A stretch of DNA of 64,000 nt from an uncultured Elusimicrobia bacterium (lineage in GTDB: Bacteria > Elusimicrobiota > Elusimicrobia > 2-01-FULL-59-12), in contig CAZSAL010000010.1 in the NCBI GenBank assembly GCA_964604825.1, positions 2,141 through 66,140 of the forward strand, given 5' to 3'. This document shows, in pieces, positions 17,275 through 27,492 of the stretch (position 1 is its first letter; the number at the start of each line of letters is the position of its first letter). The notes under the pieces were generated by a model. It was not told where the DNA came from and ran no database searches. It saw nothing but the letters and a program-made list of their open reading frames with translations. Made by a program: the position numbers and the translations under genes.

Positions 17275-17703
17275 TTACTCACCACTATACGTAGCGGCAA
17301 CATGGTAGTACAGCTTCGTGCCGCAGGGCAGACGTGGATCCATGTAGGAAACTGCTTGGCACAACGCCATTCCGTCCAATTCTTCGCGGCCCTCTTTCAG
17401 CATGGCGTCAACCGCGTCAGTCAAAAGAAAAACGCCTTTTGAGCATGCTCCTTCGCAAGTAACATTCAGCAGAAAGGGCTCGTCCAGATCGATGTTGCGG
17501 CGGCTTTCGTTGAGCACAGCGTCCGAGGCCGTAACCAGGCGGAATTCCACCCGCAGTTCCTGGATACGCGGGAAGCGCGAGCGGAGAGTACCCGCGTGCA
17601 GAACGTCGCGCTCGGCCGCTTCGCTGCGCGAAACTTTGAGTTCATTTTTATTCTGGGGTTGGCCGGCACGGCGCCGCTTGCGTGCGGCATAGTTCGGCGG
17701 CAT
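17275..17703 (-). CDS. hypothetical protein
   Basis: ORF only. Cys residues CEGACSKG...C...C. It lies downstream of amtB-glnK on the same strand. Confidence 0.3.
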   Translation of the reverse strand: MPPNYAARKRRRAGQPQNKNELKVSRSEAAERDVLHAGTLRSRFPRIQELRVEFRLVTASDAVLNESRRNIDLDEPFLLNVTCEGACSKGVFLLTDAVDAMLKEGREELDGMALCQAVSYMDPRLPCGTKLYYHVAATYSGE

Positions 17704-17993
17704 CAGATATTCACCGCCGCAGCGCGGCGGCGCTCCTTCCAGGCGCGGTGCCAGGCGGAAAGAAACTGTTCCCTGACAAGCCGGTCCGTTGTGCGCAGAG
17801 GCGGAAGAGGTTCGTGCTTTTCGGCCTGTTCCTGCCCGAGAAGTAAACGTTTATATCTTTTTTTGTTCAAGATGGGCCTCCGTGCATTATTTGCCATGGG
17901 CCCGAGGTCGATAATCAGGGTAAACTTACGGAAGATTACATAGCTAAAGAACTCAGGTTAAGTATATTATCGCATATCCTTATGAGTTCTATG

Positions 17994-18335
17994 TCAGCCG
18001 ATAGCTACGTGCCCGGTTTCTCCTGTACGGATCCGCAGGCATTCCGTGAGATCCACGACGAAGATCTTTCCGTCGCCTACGTGACCGGTGCGGGCGCCCG
18101 CCATGATGGCGTCGACCGCAGGCTTGACGAATTCGTCGTTTACCGCGACCTCAAGCCGGACCTTCTTCAGGAGGCTTCCCGCTTCCTTGTGGCTGCGGTA
18201 CACTTCCGAGATTCCCTTCTGCCTGCCGCGGCCCATCACGTTGGTTACCGTAACAAGGTGAATTTCTTTTTCTTCCAGATGACGGAGAACCTCATCAAGT
18301 CGATCCGGCTGAATAACTGCAATGATATATTTCAT
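17994..18335 (-). CDS. glnK: nitrogen regulatory protein P-II
   Basis: MKYIIAVIQP...MGRGRQKG...GKIFVVDL..IRIRTGE matches the P-II family. The gene is 10 nt downstream of amtB. Confidence 0.9.
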   Translation of the reverse strand: MKYIIAVIQPDRLDEVLRHLEEKEIHLVTVTNVMGRGRQKGISEVYRSHKEAGSLLKKVRLEVAVNDEFVKPAVDAIMAGARTGHVGDGKIFVVDLTECLRIRTGETGHVAIG

Positions 18336-18345
18336 GGCATCCCTC

Positions 18346-19665
18346 TCAATCTAACAAGGTATAACCGGCTTCACGATGCTGCGTGAGATCGAGGCCGATA
18401 CGTTCATCCTGCGCGGAAACCCGCAAGCCAACCAGCGCATCGATAAGCTTCAGCAGCACGATGGTCATAACGAAGGAATAAACGATCGTGGCGAGCGTAG
18501 TCTTCACCTGGATCATCAATTGCGCCGGATTGCCGTAGAAGAAGCCGTTGCTGCCTCCGGGATTTACCAGCTTGGTGGCGAAAAGCCCTGTGGCTATGGC
18601 TCCCCACATCCCGCCGATACCGTGCACGCCGAAAGCGTCCAGCGAATCGTCGTAGCCGAACTTCGCTTTGACTACGGCAACCGCTAAGTAGCAGATCAGG
18701 GAGACTCCCACGCCGATGGCGATTGCCCCGTAAACATCGACGAAACCCGCGGCCGGCGTAATCGCGACAAGACCGCCGACAGCGCCGGTAATTATGCCGA
18801 GAACTGTCGGCCGTTTCGCGAAAACCCAGTCCAGAAGGGCCCAGGTCAGGCCGGCGGTCGCCGCCGCGATGTGCGTGGCTACAAAGGCCGTAGTCGCAAG
18901 CGCTCCGGATGACAGCGCGCTGCCGGCGTTAAATCCGAACCAGCCCACCCACAATAACCCCGCTCCCAGAACGGCGAATGGAAGGTTATGCGGCGGAGAA
19001 ATATGATCCGGATAACCCTGCCTGCGGCCAAGGACGAGCGCGGAGGCGAGCGCCGCAACACCCGCGTTGACGTGAACAACCGTACCTCCCGCGAAATCAA
19101 GCGCTCCCATGTTGTGGAATATACCGCCCACTCCCCAGACCCAGTGCGCCACCGGGTCATAGACCACAGTCGCCCAGAGGAACGTAAACAGGCAGAAAGC
19201 GCTGAACTTCATGCGTTCGGCGAAGGCGCCAAGAATCAGGGCCGGAGTAATGATGGCAAACATCGCCTGATAGATCATGAACGCCTGGTGCGGGATGGTC
19301 GGCGCATAATTGACATTGGGCGTAAGACCCACGCCTTTAAGACCGGCCCAGGCCAGACTGCCGATTAATCCTTTAACATCCGGACCGAATGACAGGCTGT
19401 ATCCGATCAAAACCCACTGCAGGCTGACGATTGCCATGGTCATGAAGCACTGCATCAGGATGGACAGGATGTTTTTCTTGCGCACGAGCCCCCCGTAAAA
19501 GAAGGCAAGCGCGGGCGTCATCATCAAGACCAGCGCGGCGCTGATAAGCACCCACGCCGTGTCGCCGCTATCGATGCGTGCGACCGCGATCGTATCTGCC
19601 GATGCGAAACTGGAAATAAACAACAGAGAAACAACTGGTGGGAACCACCGTTTGACAGCTTTCAT
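18346..19665 (-). CDS. amtB: ammonium transporter
   Basis: Signal peptide, then DSGDTAWVLISAALVLMMTPALAFFYGGLVRKKN, about 11 TM helices, and the conserved His pair region. Confidence 0.9.
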   Translation of the reverse strand: MKAVKRWFPPVVSLLFISSFASADTIAVARIDSGDTAWVLISAALVLMMTPALAFFYGGLVRKKNILSILMQCFMTMAIVSLQWVLIGYSLSFGPDVKGLIGSLAWAGLKGVGLTPNVNYAPTIPHQAFMIYQAMFAIITPALILGAFAERMKFSAFCLFTFLWATVVYDPVAHWVWGVGGIFHNMGALDFAGGTVVHVNAGVAALASALVLGRRQGYPDHISPPHNLPFAVLGAGLLWVGWFGFNAGSALSSGALATTAFVATHIAAATAGLTWALLDWVFAKRPTVLGIITGAVGGLVAITPAAGFVDVYGAIAIGVGVSLICYLAVAVVKAKFGYDDSLDAFGVHGIGGMWGAIATGLFATKLVNPGGSNGFFYGNPAQLMIQVKTTLATIVYSFVMTIVLLKLIDALVGLRVSAQDERIGLDLTQHREAGYTLLD

Positions 19666-19856
19666 ACCTAATCCCCTTTCATTAGGAAATCCCGCCTGTT
19701 ATACGGCGGGTATTCGCCATTTTTTTAGCGAAAAAAAGCGCAACTTCCATCAGGAAGTAGCGCCATTGGTAAGCTGCAAACGCATGGCAGCACGAAATCC
19801 GCACTGCTTTGTACGGACGCGCTTATTCTAGCAAACGAACGGGGTCTGGTGGCAAG

Positions 19857-20195
19857 TCAAGAAGCTACGGCCAGACGATGAATTTCCCTGGCGTTCATGG
19901 TTTTGTCAAAATGCACCCGGACCATGTCTTTAAGCGCCACGTCGTGAAGCGGGATCTTTTTGCCCTGCGCGTCAAATACAGGCACATCATTCTTGAACGA
20001 AAACGTCGTGAAGTTATCCTGAGGATCGCGAACTTTCAGCAATCCCAGACGCTCGTCAATGCCTGCCACGGTACCCGTTACGTTCCCGGACGCAGTCATC
20101 AAAGACCTATCTCCTTGAACCGCAGGCCCTGATTCCAGGCCCAACGCCGGCAGTGCCAGCGTCATCGCAATAACAATCAAACGAAGTCTGAGCAT
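19857..20195 (-). CDS. secreted hypothetical protein
   Basis: Signal peptide MLRLRLIVIAMTLALPALG. Confidence 0.35.
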   Translation of the reverse strand: MLRLRLIVIAMTLALPALGLESGPAVQGDRSLMTASGNVTGTVAGIDERLGLLKVRDPQDNFTTFSFKNDVPVFDAQGKKIPLHDVALKDMVRVHFDKTMNAREIHRLAVAS

Positions 20196-20241
20196 GCAAT
20201 TTAGACATACGTAGGGAAAATACAGTTACAAGGAAAGTGCG

Positions 20242-20664
20242 TTACTTCGATTGATTCAGGATGGCTTCGACTTTGGAAATCAATTGATGGGAAACTGCCG
20301 TTTTTTCGATAAATTCGTCTTCGTAATGCAGAAGGCCCCGGCTCGCAATTTCGCTTTCGGCGTGGCCGGACATAAACAGGCACTTCATCCGTGGGCGCAT
20401 ATTCTTCAAAAGATACACAAGCTGCCTGCCGTTCATCCCGGGCATAATCACGTCGGTCACCATAAGATCAATCGGGTTTTCATAGTCGGCACAGGCTTCG
20501 AAAGCCTCTTTGCCGCTTTTGGCTTCAAGAGTCTTATAACCTTCTTTTATAAGAGTTTGGCGGATAACCTGCCGCACAACGGGGTCGTCATCGACTACGA
20601 GGATCGTATAGTATCTGCGGGCCGAATGTGATTTAGAAGATGGCGTAACAGCTTCGGGACACAT
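20242..20664 (-). CDS. single-domain response regulator (CheY-like receiver)
   Basis: ILVVDDDPVV...LMVTDVIMPGMNG...KCLFMSGH. Confidence 0.8.
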   Translation of the reverse strand: MCPEAVTPSSKSHSARRYYTILVVDDDPVVRQVIRQTLIKEGYKTLEAKSGKEAFEACADYENPIDLMVTDVIMPGMNGRQLVYLLKNMRPRMKCLFMSGHAESEIASRGLLHYEDEFIEKTAVSHQLISKVEAILNQSK

Positions 20665-20757
20665 CAGGGACCTCTTTTACGGGGAAACAGAATTGTAACG
20701 CGTCTAATTTACCAAAATAGCGCCCGGACAAACAAACAATTTTTTGCGGGGAATTTG

Positions 20758-22938
20758 TTATGAGCTTCCATCAAGAATGCTCCTGATTTTCCTTGTCAAT
20801 TCCTGGGGCGTAAACGGCTTTTCGAGCAGCGATACTCCCGGCTTCAGGATTCCACCGTCAACGATCACGTTTTCGCTGTAGCCGGACATAAACAGAACTT
20901 TGATATCGGGTTGTCTCTCAGACAACAGGCGGGCAATTTCCGCGCCGTTCATGCCGGGGAGAACGACATCGGTCAACAATAAATCAATGTGCCCCGCATG
21001 CGGCAATATTTTTTCGGTCTCTTCGCCCGAAGCCGCAGAGACCACCCTGTAACCCTGGTGTTCCAATGTGCGCCTGGTTAAATCGCGGACAAGATCTTCA
21101 TCTTCAATTAACAATATTGATTCCCTTCCTTTGTAAACGTCCGTATCCAGCGACGCCTGCGGATGAATTTCCGCTTCACCGGTTCGTGGCAAATAAACCT
21201 TAAAAGTAGTCCCCATATTTAAGTGACTGTATACAAAAATGTCCCCTCCGTTTTGTTTGACAATTCCGTAAATAGTGGCCAGCCCCAGTCCCGAGCCCTT
21301 TCCCGTCTCTTTGGTAGTGAAATAGGGTTCGAAGATGCGCTCTCTGATCTCCGGGGTCATGCCGATTCCGGTATCAGAAACTGACAGTATCACATAACTA
21401 CCCGCTTTGAGCCCCTCCTGATGATCGGCCATTTCCTCAACCAGTTCGCAGTTGCGGGTTGTTACCGTCAATTTCCCGCCCCGGGCAATCGTCGCGTCCC
21501 GCGCATTCAGCGTCAGATTTATCAGCACCTGCTCGATTTGAGAGGGGTCCATTTTGATGTTCCCGGTATCCGGCGCCAGCTGCATATCCAGGGAAATGTT
21601 TTCAGGAATTAAAGGCCGCAGCAATTTTTCGGCGTCCCGCAGCATATCGTTGAGATTGATCACTTTTGGAGCGGCAACCTGCCTGCGGCCAAAGGCAAGC
21701 AACTGTCGGGTCAAAGAACTGGCCCTTTCTGCAGCTTTGATAATTTCGTCGATATCCGCCCGCAGTTCATTTTGTCCATCTAATGCCGATCTAAGATCGT
21801 TGGCGTAACCGAGAATGCCCGTAAGCAGATTGTTAAAATCGTGAGCGACCCCGCCGGCAAGCCTGCCGATCGCTTCGATTCTTTGAAGTTGCTGAATCTG
21901 CTCCTGCGCTTTTCTCAGCTTCTCCTCAGCCATGTGCTTTTCGGTGATATCCCGCACGAATTTGACATACCCGTTCAAACGGCCTTCTTCATCGTGGATA
22001 GCATTGATAACCACCTGCGCGAAATAGCGCGAACCGTCTTTGCGCAGCCGTTCCGCCTCTTCTTCATAGCGGCCTTCTTCAGCCGCCTGCCGCAGCATTT
22101 CCTGAGGATGCCCTTTGGCCACGACATCAGGGGGGAAGAATAATTCGTAAGGTTTGCCAACAACATCTTTATCCTGGTATCCGGTCATTTGCTGCGCGGC
22201 AGGCGGCCAGGACACCACTCTGCCGGTTAGATCAATCATATACACCGCGTAATCTTTTGCGTTAGCGAAGAGAGACCGGAAGTGATGCTCGCTTTCCCGG
22301 AGAGCCGCTTCGATCTTTTCCCGTCTCTTCACTTCACGAAGCAGCATATATGAGATTATCCCGATAAACAGCAGGCTTGTTCCCGAGATCGCCAGGAAAG
22401 CGGAAAGCCTGACCCTTGAAGCCTTTTCCAGCGAATTCTTGTGCAGCATGAGCAGCCAGTTTTCTTCGACTCTCATTCCACCCGCAATACTTTTAATTTC
22501 ATCCAGGATATTGTCTATTTCCTGCAAGTTGCCTTCATGGAACGCAGTTCCTTTTCCGATTGCTTCGTCCGATTTGGAAAAAAGCTCATCCAGGAGCGGT
22601 TTTATCTCAGCGCAGTATTCGACCTGCGCACGGTTGTCCCGTGTTAACCGTGATATTCTTTCGAAGTTAAGGTAGCTTGTTCTTTTTGCAGCCTGGTAGG
22701 ACGCAGCATAAACAGGCCCGCGAGTTAGCATGTAGGATCGCTGCGCGGTCTCTGCCGCGTTCAAGCTGGTCGTCAGTGACTCTATGTTTGCGAGCACTTC
22801 ATAGGTATGCGTTACCAGATGCGAATTTTGCTGAAAACTTCTGAAATGGATGTAACCGGCGCCAACTGCGGCAATTAAAATAAGAGAAAAGGCAGCAATC
22901 AGTCCACCTTGATATCGAAAATAGGAAGTTTTACCCAT
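20758..22938 (-). CDS. hybrid sensor histidine kinase (CHASE3 - TM - PAS - HisKA - HATPase_c - REC)
   Basis: Periplasmic CHASE3-like region, PAS (..VVSWPPAAQQMTGY..), H-box GGVAHDFNNLLT, HATPase_c (NLTLNARDAT..DTGIGM..GSGLGLA), and C-terminal REC (ILLIEDEDLV...LLLTDVVLPGMNG). The start is set at MGKTSYF, which has a GGAGA Shine-Dalgarno sequence 10 nt upstream. The longer ORF from 22998 is unlikely. Confidence 0.8.
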   Translation of the reverse strand: MGKTSYFRYQGGLIAAFSLILIAAVGAGYIHFRSFQQNSHLVTHTYEVLANIESLTTSLNAAETAQRSYMLTRGPVYAASYQAAKRTSYLNFERISRLTRDNRAQVEYCAEIKPLLDELFSKSDEAIGKGTAFHEGNLQEIDNILDEIKSIAGGMRVEENWLLMLHKNSLEKASRVRLSAFLAISGTSLLFIGIISYMLLREVKRREKIEAALRESEHHFRSLFANAKDYAVYMIDLTGRVVSWPPAAQQMTGYQDKDVVGKPYELFFPPDVVAKGHPQEMLRQAAEEGRYEEEAERLRKDGSRYFAQVVINAIHDEEGRLNGYVKFVRDITEKHMAEEKLRKAQEQIQQLQRIEAIGRLAGGVAHDFNNLLTGILGYANDLRSALDGQNELRADIDEIIKAAERASSLTRQLLAFGRRQVAAPKVINLNDMLRDAEKLLRPLIPENISLDMQLAPDTGNIKMDPSQIEQVLINLTLNARDATIARGGKLTVTTRNCELVEEMADHQEGLKAGSYVILSVSDTGIGMTPEIRERIFEPYFTTKETGKGSGLGLATIYGIVKQNGGDIFVYSHLNMGTTFKVYLPRTGEAEIHPQASLDTDVYKGRESILLIEDEDLVRDLTRRTLEHQGYRVVSAASGEETEKILPHAGHIDLLLTDVVLPGMNGAEIARLLSERQPDIKVLFMSGYSENVIVDGGILKPGVSLLEKPFTPQELTRKIRSILDGSS

Positions 22939-23082
22939 GCTAATTAATATCTCCTCATTATTTAGAAACCTGATTGCCAGCAACAGTGTCAAACACACGA
23001 ACTAAGCTATTAGCCAAAAGTCTCATTTTTTCCTATCCCCTTGACTACTACGTTAAACAGGGTTTAGACTTCTAATGCTGAT

Positions 23083-23424
23083 ATGAGACAGATCCTCCTC
23101 ATCGGGCTGATAACCTTTCTCGCGGGATCGCTTCATGCTGCGGCTCTCCTTCCTATTCAAATGAGCAGCCGCATACTCACTCCTAACAGTATTCACAACG
23201 CCGTGACCTTCAGTGTCCAGAACCCATCAGCAACTGTTCCGGACGCCCAGATTTTTGATATCCGTGGCCGGCGCATAGTTCATATTTCAGGAGAAACCTC
23301 CGCCCAGCTTACCTGGAATGGGCGCGACGATACTGGGAAAACCGTTGAGTCCGGCGTATATATCATCCAGATAACGCGCGAGGATGGCTCGCGCTGGAAC
23401 GGCGTAGTCCTCGTCGCCCGGTAA
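23083..23424 (+). CDS. small secreted protein with a FlgD Ig-like/sorting-type beta-sandwich C-terminal domain
   Basis: Signal peptide, then LTWNGRDDTGKTVESGVYIIQI. Confidence 0.45.
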   Translation: MRQILLIGLITFLAGSLHAAALLPIQMSSRILTPNSIHNAVTFSVQNPSATVPDAQIFDIRGRRIVHISGETSAQLTWNGRDDTGKTVESGVYIIQITREDGSRWNGVVLVAR

Positions 23425-23591
23425 ACCTTTCTAAAATCCCTTAAAATTCACCATGCGCAATTGCAGACTTCTGCTTGCGCATTCTTATTAATTTTTAACG
23501 TTAGACTTATTTGCTTGTTCCCTGAATTTATGGCAGCGTTTGCAGGAGAAAAGGGACGTGCAGCAGGTTTAAAACAGCAAGGTTGCAATTT

Positions 23592-25361
23592 TTAGCACTT
23601 TTCGAGATAAATGATGGGGGTCCCCAGCAGCGATTCCTGCCCCATAACTTTGTAGGACATTCCTTTCACGATCATCTGTGCTTGATTTGCAGGCAGTGTC
23701 CGGCCCAGGAGCACCACATGCGGCAAAGCTTGAACATAATCCAGAAATGCCCGGTGGCGGTCATTATTCCCTGCAGGTACAATAACCACTTTCTCACCGC
23801 TGGCTGCTGTGAATCGATAGGCGATCCAGTAGTCGGCGTACCCGCCCTGAATTCCCTTATTTAATAGCGCCTGCGCCAGGAGAACAGAGGTATCCGGTCC
23901 TGCACTCGCCTGCGCCGCTGAGCGGTTCGCGAGACTGTTGTTTGCCAATATTAGTCCCAGCAATCCGACGGCGGCAAGAACACTGCGTCTGGAAACCTTG
24001 CGCAGAACAAGCGCCGTGCCGAAGAAGACGCTTACGTACAAGCCTAAAAAATACCGCGAATTATACTGGTCCATCAGTTCGATGGTTAACATGCCTAAGA
24101 TGAAGTTCACTGCGGATAACAGGCATAACGGCCGCAGGGGATGAGAAGACGTTCTTCCTATTTCCCAGAGACCCCAAACGGCGCCAATACTGAACAACCC
24201 GATCGTCAGAGCATTGAGCAGAGGATTGCCTGCCGGAGTGAACCAATAAGGAATGATTTGAGTGAAAAATATTCGAAAGTTCTGATAAATGACAGGGAAT
24301 GAAACAAATTCCCCGTGCGATTTGGGAGAAACACCGGCGAGCATGCCCATCAGGGCGGGTGAATAGCCGATGATAAATCCCAGGATGACTCTCCGACAGC
24401 ATTTATTATCCCAGGCTTTTTTCAACTGATCCAGCAGTTCCCGCCAGAAAACAACAACGCCCACTCCCAAAGCCATCTGCACGCTGGCGGCAAAGGTTGG
24501 CGAAAAGAACAGCTTCATCGTATGGCGCTCAAATAAGTGAATGAAATCTCCGTGGAACCACAGAAAAACGGCCAATGCTGTGTTTACCACGTTCGCGAGA
24601 TTGACCAACACCAGAAGTTTTTTCAGCGGATTCGGAACGGTCACCGCATCGAGCCGGACAACGTGGCGCCAAAACCATCGCCACGAAAACCTTCCGCAGC
24701 AGGACTTCATTTTTACGAGATCCTGCGGGCCGCGGGTTCCCCACCAGATTGAAATCCCGTGCGACAACCAGAAAAAGGCTATGGCGTGGAAGTAATACCA
24801 TGAGAAACCCGCCAGAATTCCCAGGGCATACGCGTTTTTTTTGTCCTCAGGCTGCCGAAGGACGCGATCCGCCAGCAGAAAATGACCAATCCCAAAAAGG
24901 AACACGAAGATGTAGCAATAACTCGCCTGGATCGCGGCGATGAAGGCGACCCCCGGAACAGCCAGCAGCGCGGTAGCTATATGCGCAGTCCAGACGTCGC
25001 TGACCCTGCGAACGTAAAAGTGAAAAAAGGCCAGAAAAACAATCGCCACGCCGCAAGGAAGGCCCTGCGAAACCGTCAGGCTCATCCCGAAATATTTGAA
25101 GAACGGCATCAGCAGGACAGAATCCAGAACACCGTAATAGCGCTGGCCCCAGTAATAGAATGCCCAATGCCCTTTCAGAAAGTTGAGGGCCATCAGGTCA
25201 ATGATAGCCATGTCCGAGTTATAAAAAGGATGGCTATGGAGAATGTAGGGTAAACGGATGAGGAGGCCTGCTGTCAGGGTCAGGCACAGAATAAATCCAT
25301 GAACAAAACTGATTTTTCTAGTAAGGTTCACATTCTGCCTCGAAGATGAATTGAAGTATAG
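23592..25361 (-). CDS. integral-membrane GT-C-type glycosyltransferase-like protein
   Basis: About 12 predicted TM helices and an ArnT/PMT-like architecture. The start is set at MLYFNSS because the longer 25496 start would overlap the divergent gene by 86 nt. Confidence 0.55.
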   Translation of the reverse strand, partial: LYFNSSSRQNVNLTRKISFVHGFILCLTLTAGLLIRLPYILHSHPFYNSDMAIIDLMALNFLKGHWAFYYWGQRYYGVLDSVLLMPFFKYFGMSLTVSQGLPCGVAIVFLAFFHFYVRRVSDVWTAHIATALLAVPGVAFIAAIQASYCYIFVFLFGIGHFLLADRVLRQPEDKKNAYALGILAGFSWYYFHAIAFFWLSHGISIWWGTRGPQDLVKMKSCCGRFSWRWFWRHVVRLDAVTVPNPLKKLLVLVNLANVVNTALAVFLWFHGDFIHLFERHTMKLFFSPTFAASVQMALGVGVVVFWRELLDQLKKAWDNKCCRRVILGFIIGYSPALMGMLAGVSPKSHGEFVSFPVIYQNFRIFFTQIIPYWFTPAGNPLLNALTIGLFSIGAVWGLWEIGRTSSHPLRPLCLLSAVNFILGMLTIELMDQYNSRYFLGLYVSVFFGTALVLRKVSRRSVLAAVGLLGLILANNSLANRSAAQASAGPDTSVLLAQALLNKGIQGGYADYWIAYRFTAASGEKVVIVPAGNNDRHRAFLDYVQALPHVVLLGRTLPANQAQMIVKGMSYKVMGQESLLGTPIIYLEKC

Positions 25362-25410
25362 CATGATGGAATAAGTTGCTTCTCCGGGACTTTTCAATAT
25401 AATTTCACAT

Positions 25411-27492
25411 ATGCCTGAAAAGCGAACCTTGCTATGGAGTTTTCTGACGCTTGCCCTTTTTACCTCCTCTCTGGTGATATGGCACCGCTGCGACACGCGA
25501 CCCCCAGCCTGGGACGAGAGCGTTCATCTGCATCTGGCGCTCGATTATCGTGATTTCCTTCTTCATCGCACGCCAATTACTACCTCCTGGGCGGATGTAT
25601 ATCCTCCTGCTTATCATCTTTCATTGATTCCTTTTTTATCCATAGGTATTCCTTCAACACATCAGACGGCATGGCCGCACGCGATATATTTTGCTCTGAT
25701 GCTGGCCGCTTTCGTCGCGTTCGCAAAATCTTTCAGTCTGCCGGAGGAATCCGGCGTCTGGACTGCGCTTTTTATCGTGGGGTATGCTTTTGTGCATTGG
25801 GTGGCACGGTGGCCGCTGATGGATTTTGCGGTCATGAGCTGGGTCACCATCGGCATCCTGTTTCTGTGGCGCACGAATTATTTTCAGGATATCCGGCAGA
25901 CGGTTCTCTGGGGTGTTCTTTCCGGCCTGGGGCTTCTGATCAAGCCTTTTTACGGCTTTAATTTTGTTTTCCCTTGTATTTATCTGCTTGCCTGCAGGAC
26001 CGAGACATCGCGGGCCAGACGGTTCGCTAATTTTCTTATCGGTTGCGGCGCGGCAGCCCTGATCGCTCTTACCTGGTACGGCTGGGAAGGAGCCTGTTTC
26101 CTGCGGAATGTGGTTTATCTGGCTGGGGAAAGAGGGGCTGTTGAAGGCGACCCCTCGTTTACCACTCTCGCCGGCTGGTGGTATTACATCCGGTGCCTCT
26201 GGATTCAGATGGGGCCTTACGGCCTCACGCTGACGCTTGGCGGGATCATTGCCCTGATCATTAAGAGACCTCGCCTGCCCCGGGGGAGCGTGGGATTTCT
26301 CGCTGCCTGCGCATTGTCCAGCTACATCTGTCTGACCTTCGCGCGGAATAAAAACCCGCGCTACGATATGGGCATTCTTCCGCCACTGGCCCTGCTTGCT
26401 GCGGCAGGATGGTTCAGCACCTTTACCCGGCGCTGGGCCCGGGCCGGGCTGGGAGCCGCCGCACTTGTTTTATTCCTTTATTCAGCCGCGCGGACGGACC
26501 CGCCCCGGACGGAGAACTGGCAGCATCTTGCCATCGGCGAGGAAATGGAAAAAACGCGCGACCCGGCTCAATCGCTGCTGCTGGTCAGCGTGGCGTCGAA
26601 CCATCGCTACCTTTTTGCCCGCAACCTGCGCTGGTCCCTCCGCGCGCACGGTCAGGCTATTGCGCCGTGCAAAGAAGGCGACCCCACGGCAGACTTTTCG
26701 GAATTTATCGTCGTGAAAACCGGGGACCGGGGGCCGGACGCTGAGGACCTGAATAAAGATTGGGACCGGCTCCGCCTGAGCGGTCGCGCTTTTGACGAAC
26801 TGTTTCAGATGACGCGGCGTTTTTCTCTGCCTGACGGCAGCGAAGCGCTCCTGTACCGCCGCAATCCGGCGGTTGTCTTCCAGGGAGTGCCTGTGACTCA
26901 CCGCAGCCTGCACGCCCGGCTGGTGGATATTTTTCATGATCAAATCCGGGGGCCTCTTATCCTTTCATTCACAGGGACTCCGGAGGACTGGCGGAGAGGA
27001 CGTTTCCCCGGCATGGTCATTGAAGGGCAGTCCTGCAACATCAACGGTCTGCCTGTTTCCCGTCTCCGCGTGGAGGCCACAAGCCTCTGGCTGAACCTCT
27101 ACCGGGTCTGGGGCCAGAAGCGGTTGGGGCTGCTGGCTGTTTCTTCCCTGCAGCCTTCCGTTGAAGTCAGCGCGCGGGACGTCGAATCGCTTTTGAAACA
27201 GAAGGCCCGAGGCATCGATGATATTCGTGTCCATTTTGATCGTGGGTTTCTTGTACTGAAGGCCAGGTGGAAGCACCTGCCCCTGGCGGCCCGCGGCCAT
27301 GTTGAAGTGATTCCAGAACAAACCCTCACCGGCGTGATTGATTCCGTATCTATCGGCCCTGTGAAACTGCCTGGCTGGGTTTTGGGAAAAATTCACCGCT
27401 ATGCCGTGCCGCTTTATCCCATTCCGTCGTTTCCTACACGCCTCGTGATCCATCGAATTGATCTGGACGGGGACAGACTGCAGATTTCTTAG
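25411..27492 (+). CDS. ArnT/PMT-like (GT-C fold) phospholipid-carrier-dependent glycosyltransferase
   Basis: DE motif in the first loop (PPAWDESVH), multiple TM helices, and a large C-terminal soluble domain. Confidence 0.6.
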   Translation: MPEKRTLLWSFLTLALFTSSLVIWHRCDTRPPAWDESVHLHLALDYRDFLLHRTPITTSWADVYPPAYHLSLIPFLSIGIPSTHQTAWPHAIYFALMLAAFVAFAKSFSLPEESGVWTALFIVGYAFVHWVARWPLMDFAVMSWVTIGILFLWRTNYFQDIRQTVLWGVLSGLGLLIKPFYGFNFVFPCIYLLACRTETSRARRFANFLIGCGAAALIALTWYGWEGACFLRNVVYLAGERGAVEGDPSFTTLAGWWYYIRCLWIQMGPYGLTLTLGGIIALIIKRPRLPRGSVGFLAACALSSYICLTFARNKNPRYDMGILPPLALLAAAGWFSTFTRRWARAGLGAAALVLFLYSAARTDPPRTENWQHLAIGEEMEKTRDPAQSLLLVSVASNHRYLFARNLRWSLRAHGQAIAPCKEGDPTADFSEFIVVKTGDRGPDAEDLNKDWDRLRLSGRAFDELFQMTRRFSLPDGSEALLYRRNPAVVFQGVPVTHRSLHARLVDIFHDQIRGPLILSFTGTPEDWRRGRFPGMVIEGQSCNINGLPVSRLRVEATSLWLNLYRVWGQKRLGLLAVSSLQPSVEVSARDVESLLKQKARGIDDIRVHFDRGFLVLKARWKHLPLAARGHVEVIPEQTLTGVIDSVSIGPVKLPGWVLGKIHRYAVPLYPIPSFPTRLVIHRIDLDGDRLQIS

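Noticed and set aside
17703-17897. 64-aa basic ORF upstream of 17275..17703
   Set aside because: Arg/Lys-rich low-complexity sequence overlapping the next ORF start. It may be a 5' extension or frameshifted part of the 142-aa hypothetical, which cannot be resolved from sequence alone.
19740-19800. tgcaaacgcatggcagcacg resembling a sigma-54 -24/-12 element upstream of amtB
   Set aside because: GG/GC spacing and orientation do not fit TGGCAC-N5-TTGCA for the minus-strand amtB. A similar check at 23545-23560 (tggcagcgtttgcagg) has 8-nt instead of 10-nt spacing.
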